A stretch of DNA of 64,000 nt, taken from the NCBI GenBank assembly GCA_951406725.2, contig OX597835.1:50654001-50718000 (forward strand), written 5' to 3'. Below, one piece after another: positions 22,997 to 35,242 of the stretch. Every line of letters begins with the position of its first letter. Within the stretch, counting starts at the first letter, position 1. Origin of the DNA: Octopus vulgaris (taxonomy: Eukaryota). Under the pieces are notes generated by a model that was not told the origin of the DNA, did not search any database, and saw only the letters and a list, made by a program, of their open reading frames with translations. Made by a program: the position numbers and the translations under genes.

Positions 22997-25900
22997 TGAT
23001 TTTGATTTTTCCAGTTTCAGTTCATGAGCTGTGGCCATGCTGGGGCACCGCCATTTGGTTTGCTACATGATTTTACCTCACGAATGCTTTTTAGCAACTG
23101 CCATTTGGTGCATGAGAGAGTTCGATGCAGCTGCCCTCATCTGCACCTCCTGCCATGAAGTTGGTTCATCCGGGACACCTGACAGGAAGAGATCCTGTCC
23201 TACTTTAAAGACATCCGCATCTACACCATGCAGGTCCCTCAGGTTCTTCGGGAGGATATTGAAGAGCTGTGGGCCTCTGAAGTCCAGGCTATCACAGTAT
23301 CTTGTCCTACATCTTGATGGCAAATTTGGAGTCCTTGGTACCACGCAGTGGTGCCCGGTTCTGGCATTTGTGGGACTCTCGATGCCAAAGTTTGGGACAA
23401 GTCCTTCCAGATATATATTATGGCATATCTTTCTCGCCTACGCTCCAAGGAATAGAGTTTTAATCTCTTGAGTCTTTCCCAGTAGCTTATATGCTGCACA
23501 GTGGCTATCTTCTTCATGTAGCTTCGTTGGATCGCCTCAAGTTCTGTGATCAACTTGACACTGGATGGTGACCATAGCTGAGAGCAATAGTCAAAGTGGC
23601 TTAGGACAAGTGTCTTCCAGAGGACCATCATGGTTTCTTGTTCTCTTGTTCTAAAGGTTCTAAGAATCCATCCGGCCAGCTGTCTACATTTCATTGCCAA
23701 TTTAGCAACATGTACATGAAAGGTCGCGTCATCACTTATGTGAATACCCAGGTCATGCACTGATTGTGCCTCTGGGATTGCAATCCCTCCGGGTCCAGTG
23801 TATTCATTGGGTATTGCATTCAGTTTTGCATGCTGATAGCATAAAGCTTGAAACTTTTCAGCATTGAACTGCATGCTATTCTTTTCAGCCCACTTGTATA
23901 TTTTGTCCAGCTCACATTGCAGGTGCTTAGTGTCTTCAGGGTTCTGTATTGCCTGTGAAACTTTTGTATCATCTGCATAACTTGTGATCGTGGCTCTCTG
24001 CGTGGCTGAGGGCATGTCTGAAAGGGCCATTATGAACAGTAGTGGTCCCAAAACAGTGCCTTGCGGAACACCGCTCACTATTTGTGCGTTATTGGAGGTG
24101 GCCTCATTGGCTACTACCACCTGACTTCTATCCTTCAGAAAGTCATGAAGCCATTCTCCCAATTTTCCAACTACGCCAAGATCACGCAGTTTGTGACATA
24201 TCATTCCATGATCGACTTTATCAAAGGCCTTTGCAAAGTCGAGATATATCACTTCCACATTTGTGTGGTTGAGCAGTCGTTTCAGCACCCAGTCATAGTG
24301 TTGTAGGAGCTGAGTTAAGCAGCTTCTTCCTGGTCGGAAACCATGTTGGGTGTCAGGCAGCAAGTCATTTTCTTCAAGGAAGGTGATTAGTTTCCTTCTG
24401 ACTATTCGTTCCATGACCTTGCTGATGTGTGAGGTCAGAGATAGGTCTGTAGTTCTTGGCCTCCGCTCTGCTACCTCCTTTATGAATAGGGCATATTTTA
24501 CCTTCCTTCAGTTTTCTTGGGAGTTTACCAGTTGCAAGGAAGCTCTGAAAGAGGAACTGCAGTGGTCTTGCTAGGACTCTCTTACATACTTTTAGAAGGA
24601 TTGCTGGGAATTCATCGGGGCCAGTAGCTGAGTTTGTGTTCATTTCATCTATAGCCTTTATTACATCGTCTTCCTTTATATTGATGTAATCAATCATCGC
24701 TGCCTCTGATTTTATATCTGCAGTGGTAAAGACGTCAGTTGCATTTGAAACTTTTGTATGCCGTCTCATTAGAATTTTCCTCTCTCTGGGGATTTTGTTC
24801 TTGTGTACAGTGGCCTTTCTCTCTGGGACACATTTGTAGCATATGGCTTGCATTACAGACATGAATTGTTGAAGTTTCATGTCGATGTCTGGCGAGGAGA
24901 GACATTCAGGCCAGTTTTGTTTGAGGATCTCTTTCTCAATTTGTTTCCAGTTTGCCTTATGGAAGTTCAAGCTGGAAAGATTCTCAGAGTTTCTTGTAGG
25001 CTGCATGTCCATGCTTTCCTTTGGCCCGTACATGGTCAGCTCTACCATGTTGTGATCCGAGAGTAGTGTCGGTGTCACTTTCACATTATGAATGAGATCC
25101 ATATTATTTGTGAAGCAGAGATCCAGTATGTTACCTGCCCTGGTTGGTTGGAGTATTACTTGTTCCATGTACAGAGTGTTGATGAGGTTCAGGAGGGACC
25201 TCACCTGTCCTCGTTCACATCGTGTCATTCCTGGGAGAGAAAGGCCCTCGGGCCTTCTGACATTGGGTAGATTGAAGTCTACCATAAGAAGTACACTTAT
25301 GTGTTGTTCCAATGTGACTAGAACTTCTATTTTTATAAGGCAGTCTTCGAACTTGCCTACATGGCTTGGGGCATCTGGAGGGCGATATGTAGCACATATA
25401 ACTACACCAAGTTGACTTATATGTACAATTAGTGTGTCACACACCGAATTTGAGTATGACAAAAGGACCTGGGGTGTGAGGCCCTCGCAGATGTACATAG
25501 CAACACCTCCATGACTCTTTTCTTTTCTGTCAGTTCGTAGTACAACATACTGTGGTATGTGTATTTCCGCATCTACTATGTCCGGTTTCAGGTGTGTTTC
25601 CGTAAGTGCTATGCATAAGGCTTGATTGCATGCAACAAAGTCTCTCAAGAACGGGATTTTTGTCCTGTTACTGAGTGTTAGCAGTCCTCTGATGTTCAGT
25701 AGGAGCATCGAGGTGATGTGTATGCTGTTGCCGGCGGTGTCCACCATGGGTCTGTTTACTGTGGCGGTCTTGTGTATTGTGGATAGTCCCATCTGCGAGA
25801 TTAAGTTTGATGAAGCCAGGTTAGCTGCTGTACAATCTTTTGTGCCATGCACAAAAAAGATTCTTGTTAAGCAGCTGCACTTTCAATAACATGTTGGCGG

Positions 25901-26040
25901 TTTGTAGCACGCACCACATCTGCGTACATCTGTTTTGAGGCAGTTGGTGCGTGGTCCATTCCTTTTCCTTTTGGTAGTTGGTTTCTATCCTATTTCATGT
26001 TTATGTGGCAGGGTCTTCGGTGTGCAAAACGGCAGCCTGC
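22997..26040 (-). mobile_element. CR1-clade LINE, ORF2 (APE endonuclease plus RT) with frameshifts and an internal deletion
   Basis: LLLNIRGL, ALTETHL, GGVAMYI, NILDLCF, SDH (EN); YLDFAKAFDKVDH, SGVPQGTVLGPLLF, YADDTK, SYWERLKRLKLYSLERRR (RT). The EN-RT linker looks shortened. Confidence 0.93.
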
Positions 26041-26216
26041 ACATATGTATATACATATGTATATATATGTGTATAACAGATCATTAGGAAGGGCATCCAC
26101 CTGCAGAAACTTCGAACAGATCAGATTGGAGCCTGGTGCAGCCTTCTGGCTCGCCAGTCCTCAGTCAAACCATCCAACCCATGACAGCATGGAAAATGGA
26201 CGTTAAATGATGATGA

Positions 26217-26255
<39 letters not shown>

Positions 26256-26320
26256 ATATATATATATATAGATAACAAAAGAAAGAAAGAGACCTCAATA
26301 TTATGTAAATAGAGGAAATT

Positions 26321-26513
26321 TATCTGTAAATTAATATGTTACCATTATACAATACTCAAGATAAAACTCTGAGTTTCAGATGCCGAAGTGGAAATCCACA
26401 ACACCATCTCTTCGGCGAGATAACGGAAGAGATGGTGTTGTGGATTTCCACTTCAGCATCTGAAACTCAGAGTTTTATCTTGAGTATTGTATAATGGTAA
26501 CATATTAATTTAC

Positions 26514-26518
<5 letters not shown>
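26321..26518. repeat. Near-perfect palindrome (93-bp arms, 12-nt loop) in (TA)n
   Basis: 26321-26413 vs 26426-26518, one mismatch seen. Confidence 0.95.
26417..26481 (+). ncRNA. Type I hammerhead ribozyme-like motif (U4>G variant)
   Basis: gagataa-CGGAAGA-[gatg..gtggatttccac..catc]t-GAAA-ctcagag-TT-ttatctt, with a 7-bp stem I and palindromic stem III. Confidence 0.6.
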
Positions 26519-26565
<47 letters not shown>

Positions 26566-26569
26566 GTAT

Positions 26570-26765
26570 TTGTGTGTCTGTGTTTGTCCTCCCACCATTG
26601 TTTGACAACTGATATTGGTATGTTTATGTCCCCGTAACTTAGCAGTTTAACAAAAGAGACCAATAGGCTAACAATTAGGCATACAAAGAATAAGTTGTGG
26701 GGTTAATTTGTTCAACTATAGGTGGTGCTCCAACATGGCCACAGTCAAATGGCTGAAACAAGTAA
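26570..26765 (+). mobile_element. SINE 3' part (family also at 43085-43430, 45290-45405, 52205-52510, 54765-54980, 58890-59110)
   Basis: Shared body ...ccccgtaacttagc...aagaataag...ggtgctccaRcatggccacagtcaaatgRctgaaacaagtaaaa. Confidence 0.75.
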
Positions 26766-26794
26766 AAAAATATATATACACACACACATATATA

Positions 26795-27010
26795 CAGTAA
26801 TCCCTTGTCATATCGTGGTTCACCTATCTCGGTTTATCATTTAAGCTGATGTCAATTCCTTCATCGTGTTGTTTTGCATTTATAATGAAATAAATGTATA
26901 CAAATAATAAAAACTAAAAATAAATGTACAGTACTGTTTCTACTTCTTGGATTTTCACCTTTTGTGGGTGGTTTTGGAACATAACACCCACAATAGTTGA
27001 GGGATTACTG
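26795..27010. mobile_element. pogo/Tigger-type MITE
   Basis: TA|cagtaatccct ... agggattactg|TA, 216 bp. Confidence 0.85.
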
Positions 27011-27024
27011 TATATACATATAAC

Positions 27025-27068
<44 letters not shown>

Positions 27069-27199
27069 CATATAACTATATATATACAAACACACACATA
27101 TGTATAATATATACATATATATACTCAGACACACGTGCGTGCACACATATATATACACACACACAGACACACACATAAAATGATGCTGACCAGTGCAAC

Positions 27200-28155
27200 A
27201 TCAGCATCATCATCATCGTTTAATGTCCGTTTTCCATGCTAGCATGGGTTGGATGGTTCGACCAGGGTCTGGGAAGCCAGGAGGCTGCACCAGGCTCCAG
27301 TCTGATCTGGTAGTGTTTCTACAGCTGGATACCCTTCACAATGCCAACCACTCCGTGAGTGTAGTGGGTGCTTTTCACATGTCACCAGCACAGGGGCCAG
27401 GGGCGGCTGGCAAATGGCCACAATCGGTTGGTGCTTTTATGTGTCACTGGCACGAACACCAGTCAGGCGGTGCTGGCATCTTCCACATTTGGACGGTGCT
27501 TTTTATGTGTCACTAGCACGGGTATCTTAACTACAATTTCCATTTGATTTTTATTTTGATGTTGGCATACTTGACTCAATAGGTCTCCTCAAGAACAGCA
27601 GGTCACTTTACGATCCAAGGTTAGCAAAGCAGGCTGTCCTGCGTGCCATGAACTCATTTCATTTGTCGGGTCTTCGCAGTCACAGCATATCTCAGAGGTC
27701 TCAGTCTTCGTTATTTCTTCTTTAAGGCCCCACCAGCATGGGTATCACAACAGCATGGAGGTATGCTGTGACTGGAGATATGCAGTCACAGCATATCTCC
27801 AGAGGTATCGGTCTTTCATCATAGCCTCTGTGAGTTTCAACGTACGAAGGTCATGCTTGACCACCTCGTCCCATGTCTTCCTGGGTCTACCTCTACCCCG
27901 GATTCCTTCAACAGTTTGGGAGTGGCACTTCTTCACAAATCTCTCCTCATCCATCCAGAGTGTATGACCATACCAACACAAACGTCTCTCCTGCACGCTG
28001 CATCCGAAAAGTCCAACATTTCTCTCAGGGCACTTACACTCTGTCGTGCATAGACGTTGACATTGCACATCCAGCGGATCATGCTAGCTTCATTTCTTTC
28101 GAGCCTACGCATGTCCTCCGCAGTCACAGCCCATGTTTCACTGCTGTGCAACATA
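27200..28155 (-). mobile_element. RTE LINE 3' fragment
   Basis: MLHSSETWAVTAEDMRRLERNEASMIRWMC; RRLCWYGH...RGRGRPRKTWDEVV; 3' UTR and (GAT)n tail. Confidence 0.88.
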
Positions 28156-28323
28156 TGTTAGATTTTATTTTCTTATGTGTAGAAGTACTGTCTTAGTATA
28201 TAAAATTCATCTAGCAACCACTGCATCACAGTAAAACCAAGATAACCTTTTAAAATAGATGAATACCACAATATTCATTATAGTTATATTTTCCAGTGTG
28301 TGTGTGTCTAATTATACACACAC

Positions 28324-28379
<56 letters not shown>

Positions 28380-29768
28380 CATCATCATCATCATCATTTA
28401 TATGTTCACTCTTCCTGACAAGAAATGTATTATCCTTCATGCAATGGAATTGTGTCAGTGACTAATTTTTTGATACTTTAAAGTATAAATACTATCACAA
28501 AATATAACAAACTGAATGAATATGTGTGTGCAAGCATGTACTCACACACACACACACACACACACATAGACTTTATATGGAAGTCATAACTCTTCCAGGA
28601 TACAACTGTTTCACTTTCAACACCCACACACAACCCTGATATATAGCTCAACCTTCACTGAAAAATGTCAGATACAGGATTATTTAAAAAATCAAACTAA
28701 GTAGAAATTGGTGCTGTTAGAAGCATATAGATAAGAAGAAACTATGAAAAAGATTTGATTGTTATAAAGGCTCAAAGCAAAAGAGAGATCACACCAAAAT
28801 ATTGTATCTTCTGAAGCCTTTCTAAAACTATTTCAATCATCTTCCTAGCAACCAATCAACTTTCTTGTCAAATACATTTGTTTTAAAGAGACAAAATATT
28901 TTAAGAAAATACAATATTTTACACACAAGTAATTTTAATGCTCTCCATAGAATGTACAAAACAGATACTTTATACTCCACAAATTCTGACTGTTTTCTAA
29001 AGCTCTGCATTAGAATCCCTTAAATTGCTAATTTGTGTGTGTATACATATAAGGGATAATATTACTGTATATTTTCCCAACATAAAATTCATCCACTTCC
29101 TTTTTACAACAAAACAAAATTGTGCTTTCTACTAAAGCTAACAGATGGTTATAGTTCTTATAAAATTTGTTGTCTCTGTGTTTCAATTATTCTTAGGTAA
29201 GAATCTGGTAAAACAGTAAAATAACTAATATTTTCATTATTAATCTGCTGCTTGGAATGTTACATAACAAAAAGTCATGAGATAAAATTATGATGAAGGG
29301 TATTAATTTAAATAAGAACCAAATTAAAATTGGTAATTTTGTACTATAATACTAGGGGTAGGGTAGCTTTATATCAAAGAACCATAGACGGACAATATAA
29401 AAGTTTTTCACGACACTATACAAGAAACAACTCTTTGAAGCCAGTATTACCCAAAGCATACAAGACACTGCTACCGTTTCTTTTCATCTACTGAGGCCAC
29501 ACAAACACACAAATGCCAATGAGCTTGCGTCTGTTCACGTTCACCGTTACAATGACATAGCGTCATACATTTATGTCTACCAGTTAATGAAAACGAACTA
29601 TGTGAAGCTATTTATCATAATATGATTGCATGAAAAATAAAAAATCAAGATATAAAAACGAATCATCGTAAACATTGTAGAAATTCGGCAAAGAAATGAA
29701 TTTTCAGGATGTAGCCTGGAGGGTTTTTTCGTATTAATCGTTTGGACTTTGTGAACACATACCAATTA

Positions 29769-30131
29769 TCTATATATATAAAGCTGAAGTTGACTGTGTA
29801 TGGCAGGTTTGGTAGCCTTCAACTAACACTATCTTCTCCGAGACCCTGCAGCGCAAGTTGACCAAAATTGAGAGTATGATAGAAGGCTTGCTCTTCCTTC
29901 CCTAGAAGAAAAAATTCAAATCGGACCATGTTAACACCAAAAATTATTTACATCAAAAAGGTGCTTTTTTTCTATGAAAATCCCTATTTTTTTACGATTT
30001 TTTGACTCGCCATTTTTCGGTGTATTTCAACCAGAAAAATGTTCACTTAAAGAGAATAACAAGCTACATAATGCAAAATTTTTACTTTTCAAAAATTCCA
30101 ATTCTAAAGCAACAGCGGGTGATACTGCTAG
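29769..30131 (+). mobile_element. Short non-autonomous Helitron
   Basis: A|TCTATATATATAAAGCTG 5' end and ...gcgggtgatactgCTAG|T 3' end, inserted between A and T with no TSD. Confidence 0.75.
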
Positions 30132-31420
30132 TTAGATATAAAAATTAGATATAAAACATTTACTGGGTATAGGAACTGACAATAGTAGAGTAATGATAGG
30201 AATCAACAATGGTGTTTTCCAGAAATTAAAAGAAGTTCTATCATTATTTCTATTTAGAAGGGTGTGTCATTCTTTACAGTTGGCAGTATCCCACACTTGT
30301 GCTGAATGCTTGCCCATAAATTTAGAATATTTAGTATCCAAAACCTATAAATGGTCCTCTCATTCTTCAACAAGACAAAGTACCTACAAACAACTTTACC
30401 TTGCTATCAATGGTAAAAGAGCCTTTGAAGATTGTGAATTCTTGTACAACTAGGTGGCCCTCAACAGAACCAGCTGTAAATAGAATTTTAAGCCAATGGT
30501 TTGAATCCAAACTCACTTCCAAACTACAACTACAAAGAAAAAGGCTTTACGTTACATGAAATGTTTTGTGATTCTAGGAATGAACTTTACCTTTTATTTT
30601 TGCATCCTATTTTAAAACAAGTTCAGAAAGTGAATAAACTGTTCGAATCAAACACTGTCAGCAAAACAAAATTACTTGAAGATCTTTCAAATTTAATCAA
30701 ATTTGTTGCTAATATGATAGTGTTGCCAATATGTAGAATTGATCCTCTTGATCTGGATGATTCTATTGAAAAATTTCTGGATTCTAAACCAAATTTAGGC
30801 CACAGGTTCGAGAGAAACATATTAAAAATGATTATGAAAAAGATTGTAACAGCCACCAAAGAAAATAATATTCGCAAAAGAGTACAATTTTTACTCTGCT
30901 TTTATTAAAGAGCTCAAGCACCGTTTGCCAGAAAATATTAATATACTGAAGAACATCAAATGTTTTTCAGTAGAGAATATTTTGCAGCATTTCAAAGAGC
31001 CAATTTTACCTGTCTTAAAAGCAATGCATTTAAATAAGGAAAAAATTGCTTCAATTGAAATTCAGTTTCATAACATTCATTTAGTTAAATGGACAAATAC
31101 ATCTGATACTGAGGCATTCTGGCTAGAAGTCTTGGAATATAAAGATGCTACTGGAGGAAATCCTTTTAGAGATGTTGCAAATTTTGCCATTAATCTGTTG
31201 ACATTGCCAAACTCAACTGCAGAAGTTGAACGGTTTTCAGTAGTATGGATGTAATCAAATCAAAATTGAAAAACAAAATACATCTTCCTATGCTTAGATC
31301 AATAATGTCTATAAAATATGGGCTGAAAAGATAAGGTAAATGTTGCAAAAACTTTGATATTCCAAAATACATAATTAGCAAGATTGGGACCTTGGATGTA
31401 TACAGAATCAAAACCTAGGC
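30132..31420 (+). mobile_element. hAT-superfamily transposase remnant
   Basis: LGIGTDNSRVMIG, RRVCHSLQLAV (CxxH-type motif) and the dimerisation domain FWLEV...FRDVANFAINLLTLPNSTAEVERFS. Many frameshifts. Confidence 0.85.
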
Positions 31421-31650
31421 ACTGCAGCTGGAAGGGATCAAATCAGTGAAATTCAAGAAATTATTTCTCAATGCTGCATATAATTAAAGAAACTAAATAA
31501 AAATGTAAATAAAAATTAAGCTTTTTGATATAATTAGTCTTCAGCAGTTTTTATTCTAATTTGCACTGTAAAATGAGATTTAAATCTGTGTCAGGTTGGA
31601 AACAAGAGTTGCTTATCTGAACATGTTCTGTTTTTCTGACTTCCACTATA

Positions 31651-31690
<40 letters not shown>

Positions 31691-31903
31691 CACACACACA
31701 CACACAAGAGTAAAAGTGCATAGATGCAATGAGCTTCTACAATCTTATGCCTATGATTATATATTGTATCAATAAAGTTTTCTGCTTTGTATTTGAAAAG
31801 AAACTAATATATACCGAAGTCATTTCTATATCTTCACTAAACACCAACAGTGATGATGATTTGTAGTCCCAGGTGAGCTTAGAATGAGCAGATGACCTAT
31901 AAT

Positions 31904-32129
31904 CTATTTCTTTACTACCCACAAGGGGATAAACACAGAGAGGACAAACAAGGACAGACAAACGGATAAGTCGATTATATCGACCTCAGTGCATAACTGG
32001 TACTTATTTAATCGACCCCAAAAGGATGAAAGGCAAAGTCGACCTCAGCGGAATTTGAACTCAGAACGTAACAGCAGATGAAATACGGCTACGCATTTCG
32101 CCCGGCGTGCTAACGTTTCTGCCAGCTCG
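31904..32129 (-). mobile_element. tRNA-related SINE with a MetaSINE-like central domain
   Basis: gagctggcagaaacgttagc...GAGTTCAAATTCC B box...gactttgcctttcatccttttggggtcgattaaataagtacc. Confidence 0.8.
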
Positions 32130-32619
32130 AATCAAAGTCACTCCAGCTGTAACTAATCCATTTCTAAAATTATATAAGCCAATGTTTTTTTTTTGTTGTT
32201 TTTTTGGTGTTAATGTATAGTTTGAATGAAATATGGGAGCTCTTTCTAGAAGGTTCCTTTGTTAGCTCACCAATGACAATTTTGTGAATATGTGGAGAGA
32301 GGTGGACAGTGAGAAACTATTTACTAACCCTACCAACCTATTCAATTATTTGAAAAAAAAATATGGATATTAAACAGGAAAACTTGTAAAACAACTCTTC
32401 AAACAAATATGATTCACACAGCTTAAAATCCTGTAAAATGAAGAAAGAAGAGGATAAGCTCAAAAGTTGTAAACAGATCCATGACAGCTGTGACATGCAG
32501 AAGATTTCCTGATGAAAATGTGCGCCTTAATGATTTCTCCTTCCAAAAATTAGATATCGCATGACATGTACGATATACATACATATGCACATGCCTCTGT
32601 GCATGAGTATATGTGTAGA

Positions 32620-33512
32620 GGGGTGTATGGAGTGTACGGGAGGATTAGTACATCTGATGGGGCAACAGTCATGCTCCTCCTAGGAATAGTTGATCTGCCT
32701 TGGACCCCACCTGCACTCAGCTCTCACTTGTGGCTCCTAGTAGCTATTCGTATGCAACAACAGCCACATCCTAAGCAACGGCTTCGACTAGCCAGCAAAA
32801 CCAAGTGAGGGTAGCCAACTGGTCTTAAACCTTCGGCGAGTTAGGGCTTGCCTACCTACACATATGAAGACTGGAGCCAACTTATTCTGCAGAAGAAACC
32901 ACCAGAACGGTTTCAACGGAGAAGAGGGCAGTTACAGCAGGGCACTGTGGAGTGCATAGGGCAAGATGAGGCACTATAGGACATCTTGGTCATTCACTGC
33001 ATCCAGTTCTGTCCCCAGTCGTCTCAATCTGGTCTTGCCACTGGTTAAGACGGTCTCGGACAAGAAAGTGAGGTCAGGGATGTGCAACCCTTCCTCACTT
33101 TAAACAAAGTTTCCTCGTGCAAGTCATCTTTCATCCTTCTTTCCACCCCTTCATCCCAAAGTCCTGTGGTGACAGGCACATAACGAAGTGACAGGTGTGG
33201 GTACACTGGAAATCATAGCCGCAAACCTGCACACAGGTGGCTCAGGCCACAGGGTCGCTATTCACTGACCTGGAGCAGCAGTAGATTTTGGCAGCCGTCT
33301 GGGCGACTGAGCAGTCCTATTTAGGCAGAGGACTGCAGACAAGCCAGGAAGAACAGAGCTAACAACCCTGTAGCAGGCACTACCATTCCCTGTCCATACT
33401 GTCAAAGACTCTTTCAGGCACAGATTGGCCTCACTAGCCATCTGCAGACTCACAAAACAAGCCCACTCCAGGATGACTAGATGGTCTTTGTCGCATCAAC
33501 AGACAAACTACA
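32620..33512 (+). mobile_element. Internally deleted RTE/BovB-like element (5' UTR joined to ORF C-terminus)
   Basis: GC-richer non-coding 5' block joined to FPCPYCQRLFQAQIGLTSHLQTH (about 33385-33455), the C2H2 terminus typical of RTE-BovB ORFs, followed by a short 3' UTR. Confidence 0.6.
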
Positions 33513-33859
33513 TGACATGTGCAGAGTTAACTGCATAGACTGGTGCTTATTTTATGAATCCACTGCCAATCAGATATGCAAAATGTGAAAGTGAGCTAGC
33601 ATTGATTTGAACTCAGAAATGTAATCCACCAAACTGGATAGATTAAACCAAGAAATCTAGTTTTAAAATTTACCAGAATTTTCTCCAATATCTAACAATA
33701 AATCTACTCTGATTTTAGGCACAGGTGTGGTTGTGTTGTAAGAAGCTGGCTTCCTGACTACCTAGTTCTAGATTCAGCCCCACTGTATGACACCTTGGGG
33801 AAATGTCTTCTACTGACCAAACCCTTGTGAGAGGATTTGGTAGATGGAAACTGAAAGCC

Positions 33860-34385
33860 CATCGCAGAAGTTCTGAAAGTGTAGTTGCTAGAATAAGAAC
33901 GGGCTGGGCAAAGTTCAGAGAACTTCTTTCTTTGTTGGTAACTAAGGGCCTATCCCTCAAAGTGAAAGGCAGATTGCATGATGCCTGTGTATGTGGGACA
34001 AAGTGGTGAGAAAGGATCTTCAGGCACTGGGCTTCACCATGGAAGTGACAAGGGACCAGGAGATGGTGATTTGCTGTACTTGATATACTGTATCAAGCCA
34101 AGTAAAATCGCTGTCTTCCGTACATACAGGCTGGTCTTTTCAGGTGCTGGTACCACTCAAAAAGCAGCCATGCTGGTGCTGCATAAACACACCCATGCCA
34201 ATGACACAAAAGAAGCACCTAACATACTCTATTAGGTGGTTGGCATTAGGAAGAACATTTAGCCATAGAAACCAAGCCACGACAGACACTTGGAGTGTGG
34301 ATAGCTCCCTGCTAGCCAGCTCCGGGCAAACTGTCCAACCCATAACAGCATGGAAACCGGACATTAAACAATGATAATGACGACG
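33860..34385 (+). mobile_element. RTE RT fragment and 3' tail
   Basis: SESVVARIRTGWAKFRELLSLLVTKGLSLKVKGRLHDACV, followed by the conserved tail. Confidence 0.75.
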
Positions 34386-35242
34386 TATATGTGTGTGCAT
34401 CCTTGTGTCTGTCCCCTATTTGGTCTGTTTCATATTCATACTGGCCATATCTGACTTCTCACACCCAACCCACAATGTCATTCTGAAAATAAACAATCAC
34501 ATCATCTAAATCTCAAAATCTACAAGATAATGAATGATTAATTCAAAACAATGTGAATAAAAAAACATATTAGAGTAATCTGAATGCTAAAGAGGTTAGC
34601 TAAAAATAGTTTTCTAAATTAAGGAGTACATTTTTTTCCCATGATGGAACATTTTCCACCTACCCACCCTGACCTCACAACCACTATGACCACAAAAGTA
34701 AGCAAAAGTTCAAATACACATTGAAACAAACAGTTAAACTTAGAATTTTACAAGAACATCTCAGGTGCAGGTAAAGCTAGGTGGTTAAGAAATTCCTTTT
34801 GCAGCTTTGCTTCTAATGCACCCGAGGGCCACCTTGGTTAAGTCTTTTCTGCTATAAACTCGAGACTGCCCAATACCTTGTGAGTGACATTCATACAAAC
34901 TGTGTGGAAGCTGTGTGTGTGTGTGTGCGTGCACATGTAACTATAAATCAATTCCTCTCATGTTAGAAAACTACTATTTTTAAATCTCACAACATGAGAT
35001 ATTCAGCAACAGTACTTTGTAGTAAAGATTGTTTGCCAACATAACATGGCAATCCTAATTTAAGACAAATGTTGCTGTAATTTAACCGCAGGAGACATCA
35101 TCTCCAGTTGGCTATTTAACACGATCTGTGTCCTTATATTTTCAAACAAGGGAATTTCTTAATAAATTAGTGAGTAGTTGTCACTTTGAAAACTATATAT
35201 TTCAAACAGGAATTTGGCAGCACCACCTCTAGCCGAACAATT

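Noticed and set aside
29350-29760. CpG-containing stretch as host promoter or first exon
   Set aside because: No matching coding start or splice donor was found. It adjoins hAT and Helitron remnants and may be transposon-derived.
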